A DNA stretch of 58,098 nt, filler included, from Sphacelaria rigidula (taxonomy: Eukaryota), in assembly GCA_964200075.2 (NCBI GenBank). It is 8 parts of 8 records of this genome, joined end to end, with 100 filler letters (N's around TTAATTAATTAA, not from the genome) between each part and the next. Parts side by side here need not be neighbours in the genome. Positions count along the whole stretch, not along the records: positions 43,651 to 50,824 come from CAXNAA020016133.1; positions 50,925 to 58,098 come from CAXNAA020016134.1; 6 more parts are not named here. One strand, 5' to 3'. The notes beneath the pieces were generated by a model, which was not told where the DNA came from, made no database searches, and was given only the letters and a program-made list of their open reading frames with translations. Positions 49,058-58,098 of the stretch are shown here, in pieces. Position numbers and translations under genes: made by a program. Positions within the stretch are counted from its first letter, which is position 1; each line of letters opens with the position of its first letter.

Positions 49058-52000
49058 TAGTATACTCGCAGAAAACTCTCCTACAACTCTGATCGCGCGT
49101 TTGAAAAGCAGTTGTACTCGTCACACATTTTTTCTCAGCCAACAAATCGCTCAACACGAAACAACGATCCCTGAGAATTTTTCTCCAAAAAAAAGAGGGG
49201 GTAATCGTTTTGTACGACAAGAAGCGGCCTTTGTATATATGCAAGAAGCGGCATATCTGCAGGTATTTTCTTGACCATTTTCCCGGTGAACATATTTGCA
49301 GACACTGCATGTATTGGAAGTAGAAATGACCGATGCCGCGATAGCCCCTCCACAAACCAGCCCAAAAACTGTAGCCGAGAAGAAAAAGGGTCATAGAACG
49401 CGTGATACTGGTTTCAGATGGTATGAAGCACGTCACATACTGTAGGTGACATTGTTGGCGTGAGCGATCCCATGCGACTAATAATGCCGAGATAGCCCCC
49501 CCCACAAAAAGTGCACCGGAACCCGTCCTACAAACCGGCGAATGACGTCTTTCCACTCGACGTCGACCTAGTCCTTCTGAACCCTTTCGTTGATTCGATG
49601 AACATTTTTCAAGGCTCTGTATTGCTTTTTCGAAGGACCAGATTTATGACAGGAATCAGTTGTGGCTGGATATCAGTCACGCTGGGGTTACGTACTGAAG
49701 ATGTTTTCGGACAACACATACAGCAGCAGTACATGGCACATTGAGAAATACACAAGCAGCGGAGAGGATGCCAACTATATCCAGGAATTATGACAAAGCC
49801 TCTAATTATGCGTGGAAGGCCCCATCTGTTCGCGGTGTGCTCTGCTCTTGTCACTATTAGTACATCAGAGACTCTGCCTCCTCAAACCAGCAACTTTCTT
49901 GGGGGGGGGCGAGGGCTATGACGATATATCAGTAAAATATCGTGTCAAAATTTCAGCGTCAACATCCGCGGTATGGTCGTCAAGCCTGTGCACCACCGGC
50001 TAGTTTGGGCGTATGTAGAGGTCAATTCTTACCGTCGGTATTTTTTGGGCGATTGATGTTACACTTTATGGACATTTTACAAGTTTTTTGGCCCCCCAAC
50101 AGAGAACACGGCCATCACTTCCTGGAAACTTTGCATCACCCCACTGAGAGTCGAGCCCACTTTTGCGGTTCGCTTGGCACCGACGTTTCGAGAACGGCTT
50201 CTGGACAAAACTACGGGCGAGAAAAAGAAGTGGAACATTTTCGGAGCGGCAAGAAAAAAAACGAAAAAATCAGGAAATAGGAGCAAATTGAAATTTCACC
50301 GACAAAAAAAAACTGATGCGAGTAATAGGGGGAATACTTGAGCACGCACTTCATCGAATGAGGAATGAAAAAGGAGTTGAATGTGTAATTCGAAGATTGA
50401 TTGATTGATTGATTATCTCACATTAGCTGATTGCAACAATCCAGCCCGTGGTCAGGAGCAGCAAAAATAGAACAGAATAATAATAAATACAAAATACAAA
50501 AAAGAAAGGAAGGAACAGAAAAACGACAGAAGCAACGGCCTCAGGAAGGAACGAAAGGGGGCGGCGATAACTACAACAAAAAAACACCACCACCACCACA
50601 AACAACAACAAAGAGTGTTTTCGTGATATTGAGAGTAGATGATCCGATTGAGAGTGGCTTTGATCATTCGCTTTAATTGAGTCATTTTTTTATTTCACGT
50701 GTGCTTTTCTTTACCTCCATCACTTGTGTGTGCTTACAGCTACACGTCGATATTCTACCCAGGGATATCAAGGGCCTCAGTGGCCAGCTATTATTGCAGA
50801 AAGCATGTTGGGCCTCGTGCAAGTNNNNNNNNNNNNNNNNNNNNNNNNNNNNNNNNNNNNNNNNNNNNTTAATTAATTAANNNNNNNNNNNNNNNNNNNN
50901 NNNNNNNNNNNNNNNNNNNNNNNNTGGTCACAGGCTAGCAGAAGAAACCAAAATGAAATAAAATAGATCCAGAGTGAAAAACTCACAAAACTGTAGACGC
51001 ATCTTTCACACCCTCGGCGTTCTGTTATGATTTTCGCATGAGTCCAAAAATGCCTTGTAGTAGTTACTAGACGGCTCTGTACCGATACGAGTAGTGATTG
51101 TCGTGATGTGTGGGCTGACCAATTGCTGAGCTCTCGCTCGTCACCGCCGACCATCCAAAAATGCCGGCAGCATTTCGTCATAGCCCGAGTCCACCATAGT
51201 AGCTGTGCACGGTAGAGTTTGTGAAATCTTCTCTACAAGACCCGTCTTGATGCATTCTGTGTCAGTTCATCTGTACCGTAAGAACAAACGGCACTATACT
51301 GTACTTTTGTAAACACATTAATCCCACCCGCCGTATCATTTCTGCAATGATATTTCCGTCCATGTCTTGTCAGTTTTTTTTTCAAGTACTGTAAGGGCTA
51401 CGAGTAGTTGCATACAGAACGAGTAGTTGCATACAGACCGCCCAGTGGGGCCACCGTCCAGTGATATTTCTTTCGAGCTCGATTTATCCGAACACCGAAG
51501 CTTCATCGAAGGTACCACCGAAATTTGCGCCATTGTAACGTTTCGGTGGATATCTGTTCGTTGCCGGATTATGTTGGGAGCATCGAGACGCCCACCTGGC
51601 GAAAATCGAGGGCGACAACAAAACCAGACATTGCCCTGCGGGTGCTGCAAGTTGCCAGCTTTGATGTTGCACGATGCTGGTATTCATACTCGGGCGGTCT
51701 TATATGAAATTATGTATTCAGACTGTTGGTCCATATATTCGGGATGATGACTGTACTGACTGTTGTTCTGACTGTACTGCCTGTTGTATTGTAGACCTCA
51801 TGCTTCCCCACTCGCAGCTCGGTTCCGTGCGTGCGATTTTGGTATCTCTAGTTCTCTTGTAACTTATTCCGTTTCTTGGACGAACTCGCGAAACATTTGA
51901 AGGGTTTGGGCGTGCGTTCCGCGTCACATTATACGCAATCCCAACGATAAGCCGTGCAAGAAACGCGCGAGGCCAGTGTATCTTGAACCGTGCATGCCAA

Positions 52001-52068
52001 CAGCCAGAAGATACTCGAGAGTCCGTACAAAATGCTGTGCCTGCAAAGTGAAACGAGAGGGGGAGGGT

Positions 52069-52099
<31 letters not shown>

Positions 52100-52920
52100 T
52101 TTTTTTTTTTTCACATTTTTTTAAATTTTTTAAAAAAAATTTTGGCAGGCCGGGGGAAGGCGGGCACCGGCGGNNNNNNNNNNGTGCTTGTGTCATCCGG
52201 GGGGGAGAAGATGCGGGGCCGGGAGGGGGAGAGGAGGGGGGGGGGGGGGGGGGGGGGGCGCGAGAGCGTTTTTTTTTTTTGTCACAATTGTTCAATTGTT
52301 CTAACAAACATCTAGGCAGACCTGGAGAAGCCGAGCACGATCGGAGCTTTCAAGCAATAATACGGCGAACAGATACATTCACTGAATATGATGTGTGCTC
52401 GCATGACTGAGAAAATTTGAAAAGGCGGCTCCAGCGGCTGTAGTGCTGTACGTTGCACGCCTCCTTGAAGACAATCGGTTACCCATTCACTGCAAGTATA
52501 ACTTTAATAGCCATACGTCAGGGATCAACTCGGGATCACTCGCTTCCTGTTCAATCATTCGGCAAGCAAGCTGGACGGATTCACTCCAAACTGCTAGTGA
52601 ACTCGTGCTATCTAGCACGTACCATGTAGAACGAGCTTACCCTCTGTGGTGAAACTCCTCCCAGTGCATCTCAACCTATGGAATGACGTGATCGGGCACG
52701 TGCACCAAGGAACTGGTATCGCAAACGGGCAGCGCAATTCAAAATCCGACAACGTCAGCAGTTGAAGTTCCAACCGTGGACCGTAACATGCCACAAAAAG
52801 GTGACGGTTTCACATGTTCATCACTTAATTTAAAGTTCAAGTAATGTGGAGCGGGTGCCTCCTGGACCATTCAATTTTTTCAGATGATACCCTACAAAGA
52901 GCCAGTTTTCAGGTGTACCA

Positions 52921-53138
52921 TGGATAACGGGGTATAACACCCTCTATGGTAATATTTATAGCCGCAATTATCTCGTGAAAAATGAACATCCTAACCTGGA
53001 AAAGTCCCGTGCGATTGAAAGATATGTGAAATATTGAATAAAAACCATCCGTTTTTCTGTTTTTCGGCCATGAAATGCAAAGAAAATTGAGGGTAAGAAA
53101 CCTTTTAACCGGCAGTGGGTGTTATACGACGTAATCTA
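52921..53138. mobile_element. Degenerate MITE upstream of the CCT gene
   Basis: GTATAACACCC / GGGTGTTATAC inverted core with extended imperfect match. Confidence 0.5.
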
Positions 53139-53456
53139 CAGAAAAAAATAATATTCCGTCTGCAAACATGAAACATCTTTGAAAAATCAGATCGTTGGCT
53201 ACCTGGAGCTCGTTGACGCCACGACGTCATCACATTACTCTGCAGTCAATCACCACGTAGGATACCACAACTCCTGAGCAAGCAAACACCAGCGACAGTT
53301 TGCTTTACGTTCAAGGGTTGGTATTAATTTTAGCCCCAAGTTGATCCACACCGTGTGCGCTGCAGTACACCACGATAAGTTTGTGTTGTTGTCAGCATCA
53401 TGGCTCTCACCATGTTGAATGACTGTTTAGTTTCTGGAGGGCCAAGTTTCCTCACC

Positions 53457-53571
53457 ATGGACAGTACAGCCGACATCGACCGACTGCTCCAAGATGATGG
53501 CTGCGAGTTCGGGACCAGCTCCGAGTCGAGCTCAAGTGCCGCGGCGGCTCAACAAGAAGATGAGGATACCT
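53457..53571 (+). CDS. Probable first coding exon of the CCT-domain gene
   Basis: CACCATGG start context, acidic MDSTADIDRLLQDDGCEFG...EDEDT, T|gtgagt phase-1 donor compatible with the phase-1 acceptor at 55329. Confidence 0.55.
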
Positions 53572-55328
53572 GTGAGTTTGGGATTGAGGTCTGCAAGGCA
53601 ACGTTTGCAACTGACGTGTCCACCGAGGGTCCAAGTCGTGTCTCTTTTCTCGTAGTCGCATCGCCTTTTCCTTACCCCCCCCTGATGATCCTTGTGACAC
53701 TGATGATGCCTTTGACGCTCGATTGTGTCGAAAATGATTTAGCCGAGGGGGATGTAACATGGCTCGCTACAAAAGTTCCTCGGGATCTATCTGGACCCAT
53801 CTTATACCATACGCTAAGGGCACTCCCTCTCACAAGAGCTTGAGCTTTGAGGAGAGGGGCTGCAAAAACACGGTGGTGCATTGGAAAGGCTGTTGTCTTT
53901 CGCCCGAAAATCACAAATGTGAGAGTGAAACCCGCCGTGGTTGCAGCACATGGCGGATCCTACTGCACCACCCTCCCCCCCCCCACCTCTTGCTTCGCAT
54001 CCCGGGTGCCCCACCTCTGTAGATGGGGGAGCAGGAGTAGGGGGTGAGGGAACCCCCGGCCAAGTCCCTTCGTGCGGTTGTGTTGCACTTCACCCTTCCG
54101 TTGTCGATGTATCCTACTTGTTTTGCATTCGCAGCATGATCTATTCGAATTATACTCACCGGACACGGTTTTCGCGACACATGTTGAATTTCATTCATGT
54201 GCGTCACGTGACGACACGCGGCAGTTTTCGGGCGGCTGTGTAGAATTGATACAAATTCTGCAACCCACAACGTCTTCAATCAGACAGTCTTGTCATTCAC
54301 AAGTGTACGACTGCACCGTCAACAATGCGGAATATGATGAAGCATTTGCGTGATTGGCCATCCACTTTTGCCACGCGGAGGCAAGTGGTGACGAATCAAG
54401 AGGTTTGTATTTTCTTGGGGTGCTCTGCGGAAAGGAGGGGCTGCGTCCATGTGTCGTGTTCTTTCAACTAGGAAGAGTTTTCAGACTTCTCACAGACAGT
54501 GTATGTGCAGGTTTCGTGTGGGGCTCCGACTGAACACGTGCCAAGTGCTCATGGATCCAGCTTTATGGATCAGTGTCGCAGTTGTGGAACGACCATGCCA
54601 GATCTTGCCCCAAGATCGGACTGCTAGGGAACTACACTATCGTATCTGTCTTCTAACTGGGATGTTGGATGTAAATCTAGCCATTTGTTGCCTCTGGCGT
54701 TTCACTGCCGCGTTGCACTGCCGATCGAGTGGACTGTATTTTTTGTGTTTTGTCAGATATCGCACACGTGGTCATGTTTCCCCATCTTCAACTTCGTGCC
54801 GACAAAGCTCTACCGATTATTGTGGAACCAGTCAGAGGCAGTTCACGCTCTCCACTGCCCCAGCCCACATTGCCCCACACTACACCCACGTATTAGCCTG
54901 GAGCCGTGTTTTGGCTGATGTGTACCATATAAGTGCGTTTTGCAAAATCTTCAGTGTGATGTTGACAGTACAACCTTCACTTTTTTTCATGTCTCGATGT
55001 TGCAATTGCTGTTGAACGTGTACGAAACGCCACATGCGACCTAATTATTGCGTTCCCCCTGTTCAGCCAAAACCGTACGGTACAAAATGTGTCGTCCTGT
55101 TCTCTACTGCACTGTAATATAGTGTGAACCTCGAAAGTTTACTCTAAACGGTATATATACACCCTTCCGAAGCCAAGCGGTATGACTTGCTGACGCATGT
55201 CGCGCATGTTTTTCTTCCCCTCGACACGTGTATGTTCACCGACGAATAGAACAGTGTAAACCAACGCGTTACCCTCCCCTGCCTCCCGCTCCACCTCCGA
55301 CGCCCTCCGCGCACAATACACCGAACAG

Positions 55329-57055
55329 TTTCTATGAGTCTACTGGACAACGAGAACATCACGTGGACAGTCGAACGAGAGCGCGGGATGTCCCTCGACC
55401 TAACCCGCGAGCGGGGCATGTCATTCGACCTGGCCGCGCTGTGCGATCTCGAGGCACGGCAAGATGCATGCATGCTACCCGACATGAAAAAAGATATCAA
55501 GCTCGAGCACAACTTTCAGGACGAATCTACGCTCAACGACTTCCCTTTCGGTCACCCAAGCCATCCCATTATTCATCAACACCACTTTCGCCAACCAAGC
55601 AGCGCTGGCAGCGGCCACCTCAGCCCGCCATCTCCAATCGTACGTTCAACCGCACCCACGAAACGCCTCAATCACCCAGAGCCATTTGACGCGCATGATG
55701 CACCACCGACCGCCAAACGACTCCGCGGGGACAGCGAGGCCGTTGACGACTGCTCTCGTGAAGAATTGGTGTTGGATCCCTGTGGGAACGTGGGTCCTTC
55801 GCCGCTGACCGGCATACACGCGGCCATACGCGCCCATACACGCTCCCGCTCAGTAGCGCCACGTCCATCAGCAACAGCAGCAACTCGGCGGCGGTCTCCA
55901 TCCCCGACCCAGGTCGCCGTTGTTACAGGTTCCGGTCCTTCCAAGAATCGGTCTGATAGCGGGTCGGGCTCTGCGGGTCGGCGTAGTAAGTCCACCGGCC
56001 CACGGGGTAAGAACGCGGATACGGCAGCGTTGATGGCATCGCTGGGGTTGGTGGATGCCCGGAATCGCGCGGACGGACGGCGAGGTGGACATGGGAAAGG
56101 ACCCGCTTCTCCACCTCACCGGGTTGGTGCATACACGCTTGAAGAGCGAGCAGTTATTGTGGCGAAGTTTCACGCCAAGCGTGACCGACGCATCTGGCGG
56201 AAGAAGATCAAGTACGACTGCCGGAAAAAGTTGGCAGACAAGAGGCCTCGCCTGAAAGGCCGCTTCGTCACTCAAGAAGAACTTGACGGGCTGGACGCAG
56301 AAACCCTGGCCAAAGTTACCGGGCTAGGTTCCGCATCGGACGTGGAGAGCAGCAGCGAGGATGCGGAAGATTCGGACGGGTCGGAGGGATGTGCGGCCAC
56401 CCCGGTCCGCAAGAAGTCCAAGACGAGTCCTACAAGCGGTGGTGAAACGGCTGTGGATTGGGCTTGTACTCCCTCTGTCGATCGGGGGGCAGGGAGGGGA
56501 GACGGGGGAGATCCATCCCCGCGTTCGAGTGGTAAGAAAACTTTGAGCCCAAAGAGGTCGGCGCGAGGGGGGGTGAAGGGTGCCAAAGGTGCTGTCGGGG
56601 GGACAGGAGGCGGCGGAAATTCTTCCGGTTCGAGTAAGCAGGGTGGTGTGGCGAAGGGTACGGGCGGTGCTGCGAGAAGGTCCCACAAAAAACTGGCGAA
56701 GCCGTCCGCGTGTACAGTAACGCGCGACCAACAGCCGGCGAAGACGTCGGAGGGGATATTTTACGATGCTGAGCCGGGAGACAAGAGATTGGGGTCAGTG
56801 TCCATCGGGGGAATCAGTGAGGCGACATTTGACGTAATGGAAGTATTTGCAAATGTGGAGACCCCCGAACCGGAGCATGCCGAAGGTGATGATGGATTTC
56901 AGGTTAAAGTAGAGGCGGAATTTGAAATAGGGGCCGGTGTGAGGGGAGACGTGGGATACGATGCTGGGAGTGATAACCTCGTGGCCGGCTTCATGGTGGA
57001 TGACATTCTGTCGAGTAATTTCGATTTTGTGGGCACCGGTGTCACGGTTAACTGA
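55329..57055 (+). CDS. CCT (CONSTANS/CO-like/TOC1) domain protein, large terminal exon
   Basis: 573-aa ORF containing VGAYTLEERAVIVAKFHAKRDRRIWRKKIKYDCRKKLADKRPRLKGRFV (CCT signature); aacag| acceptor. Confidence 0.92.
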
Positions 57056-58098
57056 ATCTGACCGGGCGTTGCTCTTTCTCTTCCGGACGGGGAAAGGGGT
57101 GGACAGCTGGAGTAGGTGCCTTGAGGAACTGCTGTGAAGATGTGAGGGTAAGCTGTGCAAGACCGATGTATCTCCTCTGATAGCAACATCATGCCACTTA
57201 AGGAACGCATCAAGTCTGCCTCAAAGGCAGGAACGGACGGCCCTGTATATCCGGAATGAGATTGCTCGTGTCCGGTTACAGGTTGTTATCCCCACTGATG
57301 TATGTTTGACCTTAACTTCGTCCGGCGATCGTGTGGGTGTGTGGGTGTGCAGGTGCGTGTATGATGTATGATGTAGGGTTTTGAGTCATGGTGAGTTGGC
57401 TGAGAAACGCTTGTCGCTGCTAGAAATGAGAGGGTAGAGCTTACAGCTAGAGTGGCTAGAATGGGAGAAGGGGAAAAGGAAACTTTCTGAGACATTTCGT
57501 CGTGATTTTTGGTGTGTTGACTGCCGATCACCGACAATCCTGCCGGGGAGCCGGTATTATTTGTTGCCGCTTGAAAGTATACGCACTGATCCCATATCAG
57601 CGCTGTCACCATTTTTGACTTCGATGATTTATGTAGGTGGTGGTTTTGTGGAATGATGACGCGTTGCTCTTTACTCGGTATTTTTTCAGGCTCAAGAACA
57701 TGGAAATTGTAAGGCGCCAAAACGTGCGGCAAACACGAGGCGTATGCTGGGTATGATCCCCTCTTACGCCAGTTTTGGTTCATAACTTTTGTGTCTCTTT
57801 TTAAGGGTCGGGAAAGGGGTCAAACGAGGGGCTCTGTAGGATACACTTGGAAGTATTATCTCGCTCGAGTGACGATGTTGTGTGTACTGAAATCTAAAAT
57901 CGCTGTGGTGTCCACACATGAAGCTCGCAGGTGCACGTTACACCTCAAGCGCACGGAGGTGTAAGTGTCAAGTCAGTAACGAATTGAATCACAATGTCAG
58001 GAGCAGTAGCTGCTGTAAACGCGTATCTGTCGTCAAAATGTCACCACGGCCAGGGAGGCAGGGAAGGGTTCCAGCGGAGGGGATGATGGGTCGTGGGG

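Noticed and set aside
52060..52340. Tandem duplication with poly-G tracts and Gly/Pro-rich ORFs
   Set aside because: Flanks a 10-N gap and looks like low-quality overlapping read ends
57286..57783. 165-aa minus-strand ORF
   Set aside because: No recognisable motif; lies in the probable 3' UTR of the CCT gene

Overview
Eukaryotic, intron-rich, repeat-rich DNA. Gene families, splice signals and TE landscape look like a brown alga (Phaeophyceae/Ectocarpus-like); this taxon call is inference. The window is not one locus. It consists of eight contigs of 7176, 7175, 7175, 7175, 7175, 7174, 7174 and 7174 bp joined by artificial 100-nt linkers (N44-TTAATTAATTAA-N44), i.e. size-sorted unplaced contigs, so nothing across a linker should be read as synteny. 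Recognisable, mostly partial spliced genes: Enhancer-of-polycomb-like (minus, 4 exons, contig 1); N-terminal exon of a probable secreted subtilisin-like peptidase (plus, contig 2); an alpha/beta-hydrolase whose last exon splices in frame either to a short stop exon or to a DnaJ-type CxxCxGxG zinc-finger exon (minus, contig 4); an AhpD/CMD-like CxxCxxH protein (minus, contig 5); a decayed chromodomain Ty3/Gypsy element and a MYND-finger protein (contig 6); and a CCT-domain protein (plus, contig 8). The rest is non-autonomous DNA transposons (several with readable TIRs and TSDs, one nested pair), SINE-like elements, hairpins and microsatellites. No CRISPR array, rRNA or intact tRNA was found.
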